From Candidatus Poribacteria bacterium (lineage in GTDB: Bacteria > Poribacteria > WGA-4E > PCPOR2b): a stretch of 64,000 nucleotides of DNA. Shown here in pieces: positions 1 to 9,064 of the stretch; within the stretch, counting starts at the first letter, position 1, and the number at the start of each line of letters is the position of its first letter. A program made the position numbers and the translations under genes. The stretch covers positions 1,536,001 through 1,600,000 of the forward strand of contig OZ242351.1 of NCBI GenBank assembly GCA_965208675.1. The letters are read 5' to 3'. The notes below the pieces were generated by a model, which saw only the letters and a program-made list of their open reading frames with translations, was not told where the DNA came from and made no database searches.

Positions 1-857
1 TGGTCCCTTGGAATGTCGTGACCGCTCTTTTTAGCGATCAGCCGTCTTCCGTTAGACGAGAGAAGAGTTAGCTCCGCCCACATCTCTTGAACAGTTTGCC
101 ACGCTTGATTCAGTAATGCCTCTGGGATGCCGGGTAGAGTAGATGGTCTTTGATTGCCTGTCAGTACCACTAACGGCATTTCTCTCAGTTTTGGAGGTAA
201 AACGCGATGGGCACGTACCTGCGCGTCCGTCTCAGGGCGGGCAACAAATTCATCATAATCTGCGGTTCCCGGTTCCGGCGTGGGGGTCGCGACGTTCCAT
301 ATCTCCGCGGGTATGCGTAGACGTTGATCTTCGTGCGACGGGTCAATCAGCGCCATCCCGACCACTTCGTCCGGATACTGACTAGCGTAAAGACGAACAT
401 GCAATCCACCAGACGAGTGCCCCACCAGAACATAGGGTGCTTCAATTCCTGCATTCACCAGCAATTTATGGAGTTCATTGACAATCTGCTGCCCGGTGCG
501 AGGTGTGGGACCGGGATCGCTGAAGCCGTAACCGGCGCGATCGTAAGAACAGACCCGAGTGAATTTTGCGAGTTCGGGTTGTACATTCTGCCAGTCATCT
601 GAGCCGCCGCCACGTCCGGAATCCAACACCACGGTCGGGCTGCCTTCGCCGGTACAGAGGATATATAACTGGTAGCCGCCCACGTCCACCAGTTTGCCCG
701 GGGGCGCCGCCTTACGTTGGGAATTTTGGCGATTATTTTTGCTCTTCATACCGCTAACTTCCCCTATAGTTTTCGTTGCAGGAACGGCGAGGCAAAATAT
801 ACCTAGCGCAACTGCTAACGCGCATTCAACAGCTAGTACGCTCCGTCGTTTAGACAT
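1..857 (-). CDS. alpha/beta hydrolase with N-terminal signal/TM segment (3' end runs off the window)
   Basis: Translated by hand (not in the ORF track because it has no stop). ATG at 857, MSKRRSVLAVECALAVALGIFCLAV..., motifs PPGKLVDVGG, CSYDRAGYGFSD, nucleophile elbow GHSSGG, catalytic His in SGHDIP near the window edge. Confidence 0.88.
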   Translation of the reverse strand, partial: MSKRRSVLAVECALAVALGIFCLAVPATKTIGEVSGMKSKNNRQNSQRKAAPPGKLVDVGGYQLYILCTGEGSPTVVLDSGRGGGSDDWQNVQPELAKFTRVCSYDRAGYGFSDPGPTPRTGQQIVNELHKLLVNAGIEAPYVLVGHSSGGLHVRLYASQYPDEVVGMALIDPSHEDQRLRIPAEIWNVATPTPEPGTADYDEFVARPETDAQVRAHRVLPPKLREMPLVVLTGNQRPSTLPGIPEALLNQAWQTVQEMWAELTLLSSNGRRLIAKKSGHDIPRD

Positions 858-1085
858 GATGCTTTTCCTTTTGGTTCAAAATTCACTGCGAGTGATGAAG
901 ACGATTGGATTTAATCGAAAAATATACTCCTAAAATCGTGAACGCGCAAAGACGAGCAACCTATTACATGTGTACTTTTAGATTTTGAGCGGGCCAGTGT
1001 TGTCCATTTTGCTAGATTATGCAAGATGCGAAATGCACGTGTCAATGGGAAAAGCGGTGGTGAGCGTTTGTAGGTTGGATTGAGG

Positions 1086-1165
1086 TGTCGGGTTTCACTA
1101 TCTATGAGAGGTGCTGTTTAACCCTAGATCCTTTTTTCTGGTGGATAGAGATGAAGACCTGACAT
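1086..1165. repeat. imperfect intergenic inverted repeat (REP-like)
   Basis: TGTCGGGTTTCA-CTATC ... GATAG-AGA-TGAAGACCTGACA arms, preceded by GTAGGTTGGATTGAG. Confidence 0.4.
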
Positions 1166-1226
1166 TTATTGCCTTCGCTATACGAAAAGTTTATTCTTCC
1201 CTGTCCGGGTGGAATCTATGAACTGG

Positions 1227-4200
1227 TCAATCTGCGAGCAGATATTGAACTTTAGCTTCCAGGTCATGCCCCCAGGCGTCTACGGAAATCTCTCCTGCTG
1301 AGTTAATTAGAACAAACCCAGTTCCCCATCCGATTGCAAATCGATCGAATGTTTCGCCCTTTGCGCCGACGACCTTTGTTGGGCGGTCTAAGCCGATCGA
1401 GTACGACAGCGACTGCTCCGTGATGTGCACTTTGACTTTGTCAACATCAGCCGTAGCGGGACAGATGGCGACGCAGACGAGTCCTTTTTCTCGATAGACC
1501 TCCTGCAAGATATTCAGGAGACGTATTTGTCGAATATGGTCGCGGTGATTCAAATTCCAAAAATGTAGGACAATCGTCTTTCCCTTGAACTCTCCGATGG
1601 ATGCGGGTGAACCGGACAACCACTTGGAAACCGCCAACTCCGGTGCCGGTTTGTTCACGAAAGATTTGAAGCGGTTTTCTGCGGACGCGGCGTATGACCG
1701 CTGCAACTGCTGCTGCGGAGTCGGCCCCAATCTCTCGTCATCCGTCGTCAGAGTAAAGACCAGATCACGTCGATCCACCGCGATATCCTTGAATGTTTTG
1801 CGGTACTTTTTATGATAGACACCCATTGACACGACCGGACCCTTTATGTTCGGTAGTTCAAAATCACCGTACACGTTAGTGTAAGCAACGGGGTATCGGT
1901 AGCTGGAGAAGGGCGTTTCTTCGCCGCCTACCATGACCCGCGCCTGTTCAATCGGTTTGCCTTCGGCGTCCACTACCTTCCCGGCGAGATATGCTATCGC
2001 CTTGACTAGTTCAAAGTCGTGCCGTCGGTTGGTTTTTAAAATCCTGACTTCAAGGTCTGGATACGCCGGATGGAAAATGAACAGCGCGGAAATAACCGCC
2101 ATAGAAAGTTCTTCCATTCGATAATTACCGTTTTCATCGGTGCGGCTTGACCAGTGTTGCCCCGCCTGACTGATGCTAAGTTGCACGCCGCTAACCGGCT
2201 CGCCAGAGTTATCAATGACACGCCCTTCAATAAAAAACTGCCCGCCGGCTGGGAACAGGACGAAATCCGCAATTTGTGTCATCTCCGCTGTGGCGGTGAA
2301 CTGATCGGTTTCAGCATTTCGATACCCGTCTCGTTGCACATAAATTTCGTACTTATCACCAACAATGAGCGAAATATTCTGGAACTGCCCATCGTCATCT
2401 GTCACATCCACAATGGTGTGAGCACCGATGCCTCGTTGATGGTCCCAGTGAATCAGATTGACGTTCGCCAACGGCATCGGTTTGCCTTCACCGTCTATTG
2501 CTCGTCCGGAGACTTCGATCCGCTGTTGCCGTTTCATCCGGATTTCAACCGGCATATCCGGCTGCACCTCAATCTCGACCGTTCCGCGCAATCCCAATTC
2601 GCTATGTACGGCTCTGAGGCCAAGATTACTTCCAACTCGTAGTCCGTCAACAGTGAACCTACCTAACTCATCTGATGTGCCATAGTTTTTAAGACGCATC
2701 TGATCGTTTGTAATTTTCGCGCCGGCCACCGGTTTACCGGTCTCGTCCACAAGCCGGCCGGTCAGATTAATCCCTTTCGAAAACTGAAAATCAACGGTCA
2801 CAGTTTCGCCTTCAACGACCTCCACACGTCTCTCAACCCGTCCGATGTCCAATCTCTCGGTCCAGCCTATATCTTGATAGCCTGCCGGTGTATTAGTGTG
2901 CACGACCGCCTCACCGGGCGCGGCATCAAATTTGTACGCACCAGTTTCATCTGTTATTATATGGTGAGACCCCAGTTGAGATCTGTGCGGACGGGCCGCA
3001 TCATTTAATCTGATAGTATGGCCGGCAAGCGGTTCATTTGTGTCCCGATCGGTCACCCGCCCGGTGATGAAGCCGCTCCGATTCAGGGCTAAATCCACAT
3101 TCGTAACGGTCTGTCCGCCAGTGACTGTAATGAACTCCTCGGGAAGGGCGGTCCACCCGTTTGGCCCCTGATCTAGATAAAGGCTGTATGTGCCGGGGGC
3201 GACATTGTTCAGGCGATATTTTCCCTTTCGAACAGGTGCCTGTCCCGCCTCAATGGTCGGATAGATGCCCTGAAGCAACACCATCGCGCTTTTGACCGGC
3301 CTCTCGGTGTCAGCATAAGTGATGCGCCCCTCAATCCTGCCCTCACGTGTCAGCCGGAAATTGAGCCTTTTTCCGCTGACCGGCACGCTGTGGCGAAACT
3401 CCTTTGCGTATCCTGATGCTTGGACATCAAGGCTTATTTTTGTACCTTGCTGCAATCCAGGGAGCACAAACTCCCCATTCGTGTCCGTCTTGACGGGTTT
3501 TGGCAAGGCATTTTGTGTCAATCTATCTCCGTGTTCCCCTTCGCCATGGAAAACGGATTGAATCAATACCTTAGCGTTCTTAATCGGCTCGCCCGCCTCA
3601 TTCATTACTTTGCCAGTGATGATTCTTGGGCCTTCAAGTTTAATCTCAACGTCTGCCGTACTTTGGATTGGAAATTCCTGCCACCAGATTGCATGATCGG
3701 GATGCGTAACAGCAAGCTGCAGGCGATTCAGTGTGTTCTTGGAGTTGAAATGCCTTGATTTGCGTTTTGAAGGTGAAACTTCAAAGCGAAAGACCCCATC
3801 CTTCCCGGTGCGGGTAAAATACTTACGGTCAGGGTATGTGAAATATACGGATTCGGCATCCCCTCCAACTGGATAGGACAGTATCACATATCGTAGTTCG
3901 GCATCCGCTACCGGCGCACCATCACTGTCAACAACCCGGCCGGAGAATATTAGTTTCTCTTTCTCACCCACCGCTGCTGCTGCACGGCGTTGCGGTTTGG
4001 CGTTCTTTGCACCGAGGTTCCCCGAATCTGACGCTAGTCCAATTGAATTGCGGCTTTGCGCCGTAGAACCGCGATTGGAAGCAGCCAACGGCTGCATTCC
4101 CATCGGGGTGGGTATGCCCGCAATTAACGGACGTGTTGAGTTGGGAGCGGGTGTAAGGAATGTGACTGGAATCGGGTGGCTCGTGTGAGATTGTAACAAC

Positions 4201-4967
4201 CCAATCTGGTTATTTGAGGACACATTCGGCGAATCGCTTCGTCCGCCAATCAGTCCAACAAAAACACACAATGCCGTAATCAGCGAAATTAGTGCTTTGC
4301 TCACCGTTGTGCTACCCCACGTGAACCCTAGGGTTGGAGATGGGATGTGGCGAATCTGCTCCATTAGCTGCATGAGGAATCCTCCTTTGAGTTTGCGGTT
4401 CTTTACGAATCTGCCGTAATGTTCAGACAACGTGCTGCCAAGCTGCAGACGCGCACGACGCAACTTGCTCTTGATAGTATTCACGGAGACACCGAGAAAT
4501 TCTGAAATCTCCTTCAGCGAATAATCACCTGCATAGAACATCGACACGACGAGTCGGCTTTCGTCAGAGAGCTCTGACATTGCCTGCTCAAGATCTACCT
4601 GCCAGTCCTGTGTGGGCACCGTGTGTTCAGGTTGAATCTGTAGTGAGTCGTCCACAGCATGCTCCAGCGCAATCTCGTGCCGACGTTTTTTCGTAATGCG
4701 CTCCAGCCAACGTTTGCATTCGTTGGACATGATTGTATACAGCCAGCTCCGGAAGAGATGCGGATGCCGCAGTTTTTGGAGATGGCGGAATGCCTTTAAA
4801 AAAACCTCTTGCGTAATGTCCTGCGAATCGGCTGCGTTCCGCACTTTCTGATAGGCGTAGGTGTAGACCATGTCCTGATACTTGTGTACGAGCGCACCGA
4901 AGGCGTCTCGATCTCCTGCGAGCGTTTGAGACACTAACTTTTCGTCGGCTGTATACATAATAAGCAT
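1227..4967 (-). CDS. ECF sigma-70 factor fused to TM helix, carboxypeptidase-regulatory-like repeats and C-terminal thioredoxin-like domain
   Basis: Region 2 (DSQDITQEVFLKAF, FRSWLYTIMSN), region 4 (YSLKEISEFLGVSVNTIKSKLRRAR), TM ALISLITALCVFVGLIGG, repeated G-R/K-V-x-D-x-x-G-x-P-V/I and TDxxGxF/Y motifs, C-terminal PAPELAVSKW...KGKTIVLHFW redoxin-like fold. Alternative start 4958. Confidence 0.9.
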   Translation of the reverse strand: MLIMYTADEKLVSQTLAGDRDAFGALVHKYQDMVYTYAYQKVRNAADSQDITQEVFLKAFRHLQKLRHPHLFRSWLYTIMSNECKRWLERITKKRRHEIALEHAVDDSLQIQPEHTVPTQDWQVDLEQAMSELSDESRLVVSMFYAGDYSLKEISEFLGVSVNTIKSKLRRARLQLGSTLSEHYGRFVKNRKLKGGFLMQLMEQIRHIPSPTLGFTWGSTTVSKALISLITALCVFVGLIGGRSDSPNVSSNNQIGLLQSHTSHPIPVTFLTPAPNSTRPLIAGIPTPMGMQPLAASNRGSTAQSRNSIGLASDSGNLGAKNAKPQRRAAAAVGEKEKLIFSGRVVDSDGAPVADAELRYVILSYPVGGDAESVYFTYPDRKYFTRTGKDGVFRFEVSPSKRKSRHFNSKNTLNRLQLAVTHPDHAIWWQEFPIQSTADVEIKLEGPRIITGKVMNEAGEPIKNAKVLIQSVFHGEGEHGDRLTQNALPKPVKTDTNGEFVLPGLQQGTKISLDVQASGYAKEFRHSVPVSGKRLNFRLTREGRIEGRITYADTERPVKSAMVLLQGIYPTIEAGQAPVRKGKYRLNNVAPGTYSLYLDQGPNGWTALPEEFITVTGGQTVTNVDLALNRSGFITGRVTDRDTNEPLAGHTIRLNDAARPHRSQLGSHHIITDETGAYKFDAAPGEAVVHTNTPAGYQDIGWTERLDIGRVERRVEVVEGETVTVDFQFSKGINLTGRLVDETGKPVAGAKITNDQMRLKNYGTSDELGRFTVDGLRVGSNLGLRAVHSELGLRGTVEIEVQPDMPVEIRMKRQQRIEVSGRAIDGEGKPMPLANVNLIHWDHQRGIGAHTIVDVTDDDGQFQNISLIVGDKYEIYVQRDGYRNAETDQFTATAEMTQIADFVLFPAGGQFFIEGRVIDNSGEPVSGVQLSISQAGQHWSSRTDENGNYRMEELSMAVISALFIFHPAYPDLEVRILKTNRRHDFELVKAIAYLAGKVVDAEGKPIEQARVMVGGEETPFSSYRYPVAYTNVYGDFELPNIKGPVVSMGVYHKKYRKTFKDIAVDRRDLVFTLTTDDERLGPTPQQQLQRSYAASAENRFKSFVNKPAPELAVSKWLSGSPASIGEFKGKTIVLHFWNLNHRDHIRQIRLLNILQEVYREKGLVCVAICPATADVDKVKVHITEQSLSYSIGLDRPTKVVGAKGETFDRFAIGWGTGFVLINSAGEISVDAWGHDLEAKVQYLLAD

Positions 4968-5008
4968 CTAATCCTAAAACGAAGCATGGAAGCCCTATTT
5001 GCATAACA

Positions 5009-5051
5009 TAGACACATCTAGTGTACCAGAGGTTGCACCGAGTGGAAAAAA
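5009..5051 (-). promoter_or_regulatory. putative ECF autoregulatory promoter TGCAAC-N18-GTCTA with upstream T-tract
   Basis: Same motif, spacing and T-tract upstream of all three sigma paralogs; AAC/GTC cores typical of ECF promoters. Confidence 0.7.
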
Positions 5052-5246
5052 TAATGATTCACGCCCCATCCCAATCAAAAAAATGAATGGTTGCTGAATT
5101 CAAGGAATAGCATCAAAGAGATGTCTCAAACGATTAAATGCCGCCTGAATGAGAATTTGAAACCTGCAATCGCGAAAGGGCTTTGGAACGCAGCGTGAAT
5201 GGGACAACTACGTCAAAGGTGGGGTTTATAGCGGACGACGATGAAA

Positions 5247-5538
5247 AGACATCTTTCCTAATTAACTCAATGTGGTTGACAAAACTGAAGCGACATCGGG
5301 CTTTGAAATTATTTTGGAAAGTTGTCAAATGTGTTTTCTGAACACGCCTGAAAAAACTATCTTCGATTTGACGAACGAAAATTCGCTCTGGGGCTTTGGC
5401 TTATGACTGCTGGTGCGGCGTTAAGGGCAACCACAAGGGTTGCCCCTACAGCGTATTAGCCCAATGTGAGGGTAGTCGTTTTATACCTGTCGCCCCGCTG
5501 GGGCTATCGGGCGGTGGAATTATTTTGGAAAGATGTCT
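5247..5538. mobile_element. MITE-like element with 12-bp terminal inverted repeats and internal REP-like hairpins
   Basis: AGACATCTTTCC (5247-5258) / GGAAAGATGTCT (5527-5538); extra direct copy of the right end at 5307-5329; hairpins GGGCAACC-acaa-GGGTTGCCC (5425-5445) and GCCCC-gct-GGGGC (5492-5504). Confidence 0.45.
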
Positions 5539-5888
5539 AAAGACAAACCAAATTTGCGATAACTAGACAACCGGCCGGTATTGGGTATGGCGATAACTTT
5601 CTCCGTGCTAAGATGGACTTCACCGGGAACGTTTATTTTGGACCGGCAGGCCGTAATTGGAGGGGTTATCCTGCGGCTAATATTGACGCGAGAAGTTTTC
5701 GACTTGGACGAAATGGAAAAATAAGGTGGGATTTTGACCGTTGAGGCGTTTACGTAAATTCAGGCCGCAAACAAGCCATTTGCAGAACCGCGGAGGTCAT
5801 AGATAGAGATTCACATTCGACCCAAACTACACTGTGGCAATTATGATAGATTAGCGAAGCGTATCAAAATTTCGCCGAGATCGACGAT

Positions 5889-7130
5889 TTACTTTGTCCG
5901 TGTTGTCTTTCCGGTCGTGCTGTCCTTTTCGATGATAGCTATGTGCGGCAGGCGCCACTCTATGCTTGCAGGGCCAACGTCGAACCATTCACCCGAAAGT
6001 CCCATCGAAACGAAATCTTCCTCGCCCCGGTCTTTATCGTGCGGTTCATGGGGCGCCCAGTTTGTGAATGTCACCGGCTCACTGTTTGCCCAAACCCATT
6101 CCCCTTCGTTCGCATAATCGGTCAGTCCAATCCAGCACCGATGCGGGCCAAAAGTTCTTGAAATCCAATCCTGCTCTGCTGCATCGTTGATTGCAACGAG
6201 ATACCCATATTCGGCGGCGGCTTGAGAGTTGGCTTCATCCCAACTCTCGCTACTAATTCGCTTGTACGCGTGCCCATTTGCCGGATTCACCACCCACGCT
6301 GACCCGCCGCCCTGCGGTGACGTTGATACTTCTGCAGAAACGTCGACTCGACCAGTGGGACCTTCAGGCCAATTCGGAAGTCTGTCGAGCGTGAAAGCCA
6401 AATCTTCTCTGTCTTCTCCTTTTCTTAGCAGGAAGGGATCTGCTGACGCCGAAAACCTGTGATAGTTCACCGTCATTGTGTAGATTGCCGATTCATCTAC
6501 GTAGTATTTAAAGTAGCCGTCAGCGTCTGTTTCACTCGACGAACTTGAGCTGCCGCTACCCGTCCCGTCGGGCGTACGATGGTTTACGCTGACATTTATC
6601 CTCACGCTGGAAAGCGGGGTGCCATTGAGAAACACAATGCGTCCCCGAATGTAATTCCGCAATTTCACTCTGACTTCGACATTCTCAACGTGCACGTCCG
6701 GCTTAATAGCGAACGCGATTCCCTGCCAAGGCGAATATTCGTGCCGGTACACGGTCAGTGCCGCAACCTTTACGGAAATGATTTCGCCGCTGGTCCCGGA
6801 CGAATGATAAAACTTGGTAGCCGGTGTTAGTCGGACTTTTGCCGGCGGGATGTTGCTCATCGAAAAACGTCCAATTTCGTCAGAGTGCGATTCTGAAAGT
6901 GTGATGAAGGTTCCTTCGACTGATTCAAGTGAAAACGGTAAAAGGGATAGCCCAAATCCTGCAACCGGATTGCCTTCTGAATCAACAACACGGCCGGACA
7001 GTGTAGAAGTACCGTCCAAAGCCAAGCCCTGCAACGATGCGGCGAATGAAAATACCATTATCCCAATAAGTAGCAACAGGTTTTCTCGCCTAAACGAAAT
7101 GCACAAACACCTGACATGTGACCAGTCCAT
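5889..7130 (-). CDS. secreted protein: signal peptide + carboxypeptidase-regulatory-like repeats + C-type lectin domain
   Basis: SD GAAGGAGG; hydrophobic N-terminus; LSGRVVDSEGNPV; lectin motifs NGHAYK, SWDEA, LVAINDAAEQDWI, WIGLTD, FTNWAPHEP; colinear with the C-terminal half of 9065..11248. Confidence 0.85.
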   Translation of the reverse strand: MDWSHVRCLCISFRRENLLLLIGIMVFSFAASLQGLALDGTSTLSGRVVDSEGNPVAGFGLSLLPFSLESVEGTFITLSESHSDEIGRFSMSNIPPAKVRLTPATKFYHSSGTSGEIISVKVAALTVYRHEYSPWQGIAFAIKPDVHVENVEVRVKLRNYIRGRIVFLNGTPLSSVRINVSVNHRTPDGTGSGSSSSSSETDADGYFKYYVDESAIYTMTVNYHRFSASADPFLLRKGEDREDLAFTLDRLPNWPEGPTGRVDVSAEVSTSPQGGGSAWVVNPANGHAYKRISSESWDEANSQAAAEYGYLVAINDAAEQDWISRTFGPHRCWIGLTDYANEGEWVWANSEPVTFTNWAPHEPHDKDRGEEDFVSMGLSGEWFDVGPASIEWRLPHIAIIEKDSTTGKTTRTK

Positions 7131-7202
7131 GGTAGATGCCTCCTTCGGAATGTTTTATGCGACCGAGGACGAGTCCCTCGGTGAATGGCCCAAATCGGTC
7201 AT

Positions 7203-7231
7203 TTGACGAAGCCAATTAGGGTTTGATTTCC
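7203..7231 (-). promoter_or_regulatory. possible ECF-type promoter GGAAAT-N18-GTCAA
   Basis: Same 18-nt spacing and similar cores to the motif upstream of the three sigma genes; single, degenerate instance. Confidence 0.35.
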
Positions 7232-7369
7232 TGACAACCCGGTCATATTACCGGGGAATGGCTACGCGAAGGCCTTGTCACTCACGTACCAAACGAGCTG
7301 TAAACGCTGTTACTAGCTGGATATACTCTTAGAAATCGTTTTGCGTTCAATGAGTCTAATTATCGGGTG

Positions 7370-8839
7370 TCAACGCCGGTTCTTCCCGGGCGATTCACGT
7401 CTTTTCGTTTCGGAGTCATTACGCCCTTCATAGGATTCATGTCGATTTTCATTGGGTTCGCTCCGGTCTATTTTACGCTCGTCATCATCATGAAGTATTT
7501 CAGGTTCATCCGGCAGATTTAGAATAGAAGTCGGGTCATCTGTATCTTCCAACGACTTCAGTGACCTCTCCAACTCATTCACCTCTACCCCGCCGGTCGA
7601 TTTCCAATCCTCAGCTTGCTTCATCTGGTTTTCCAATTCGAGTGGGACGATTGGCGCGGGGATCGGCTGTTCCAAATCCGCCGGAAATTCCGGCATATCT
7701 AGCGTCGGTCCGGCATGGCGCGTTGCTGCCGCAGGCGCGGAGTCGTCCGCTGCCAAGTCGGATTCGGAGGTCCAATGTGATGAGCGGGATACAGGTTTCG
7801 GTTCGGCAACGTTCGCAGGTTGCGAATCTGTTCCTGACGGAAGCACTACGTCGGACTCGGAACGGGCGATCTCCCGTCTATCATCATCAAATTTGCCGGC
7901 AAAATTCCCCCATAGCTTCGCCATTCCTCGCCTCGGTGCACCAGCGGGTTTGCCGTCCGGACCAATAAAGCCAATCTTCACATGTTCGGGCAGTTGCTCC
8001 GCGAAAGGGAAAGGCTGCAAATGTTTCATTATAGCATCCGTATCTTGAGCAGAAAGTCCCATAGCGGGCATAACTATATCTCCCATGTCTACACCGCCGT
8101 TACCGTTCAACTTAAAATAGGTGGTGTCCGCTCTCATCGGAAAACGCGTCCCATCTTTGGCTCTGGCAATCGTCACAAATTTGCCTTCATTCCATTGTTG
8201 TGCGAAAGTTGGGTCTTTTAATGCTTCTTTCACATAATAGTGCGTCTCCAAAAAATGCTGGATCCTAGTTTCTTCAAACTGTGCCGACGACGTGTCCGCT
8301 GGCAGCCCCATACGTTCTAGCACACTGTTTTTGTAATCGGCATCATGTCCGTACAGGGCTTGCTCGAAAAACTGCTGCTTTGAATGTAGCAGATTGAACC
8401 TGTACATGAGGAATGAATTGTATTCCGCACCGTTCACGATTAGCAGGCCTTTATCCAGCAACATCTGCAGGAATTCTGCACGCGGATAGGCTTGGTCGAC
8501 ATTTGCTAAGTCGATGCCGCTGAAATTAATCGTCTGCGACTCAACCCATGTGTCAAAATTAGTGTCATGCGCTTCCATAAGGGCTTCGACGGATTGCGGG
8601 CTTTGAAATGAGGTTGAATCGGAAATGTGGCGCATTCGAGTCAACTCCTCGTCCGCACCTTTGACGACGGTTGTCCACCAATAGTCGCGCAAATAGTTGC
8701 TTGTTACAATCTCTTCCGGTGAACCAACGTTCTGGCTAAATACAACATGCTGTCGATGCAAAAGTGCGGCGAAAACAGCCGCCGCAACAACTCCCAGACC
8801 AATCACTACAATCTTCCACTTTGACAAGGAAACCAACAT
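7370..8839 (-). CDS. hypothetical membrane-anchored protein with acidic low-complexity C-terminal tail
   Basis: 489-aa ORF, SD AAAGGAG, N-terminal TM IVVIGLGVVAAAVFAALL; no recognisable family motif. Confidence 0.75.
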   Translation of the reverse strand: MLVSLSKWKIVVIGLGVVAAAVFAALLHRQHVVFSQNVGSPEEIVTSNYLRDYWWTTVVKGADEELTRMRHISDSTSFQSPQSVEALMEAHDTNFDTWVESQTINFSGIDLANVDQAYPRAEFLQMLLDKGLLIVNGAEYNSFLMYRFNLLHSKQQFFEQALYGHDADYKNSVLERMGLPADTSSAQFEETRIQHFLETHYYVKEALKDPTFAQQWNEGKFVTIARAKDGTRFPMRADTTYFKLNGNGGVDMGDIVMPAMGLSAQDTDAIMKHLQPFPFAEQLPEHVKIGFIGPDGKPAGAPRRGMAKLWGNFAGKFDDDRREIARSESDVVLPSGTDSQPANVAEPKPVSRSSHWTSESDLAADDSAPAAATRHAGPTLDMPEFPADLEQPIPAPIVPLELENQMKQAEDWKSTGGVEVNELERSLKSLEDTDDPTSILNLPDEPEILHDDDERKIDRSEPNENRHESYEGRNDSETKRRESPGKNRR

Positions 8840-9064
8840 GATAGGTGCTCCTTTCTCCTAATACTTAATTGTTCGTGGAGATTCCAGTTGATTAAACCTA
8901 AACCCCCACGCTTCAGGCGTTTTTTTACTCATTCAAACTGGTTATTAGGATAGTTGTTCGTGAAAGTGTGTTTGGATTTACACATTGTAGCGCTGCGAAC
9001 ACTCAGTAATTCGATCGTTCATGTGTCAAAAGGCAATTTTTCACAGAATTGGGTAAATTTCGGG

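Noticed and set aside
143-933. Plus-strand short ORFs at the window start
   Set aside because: Shadows of the minus-strand alpha/beta hydrolase (1..857).
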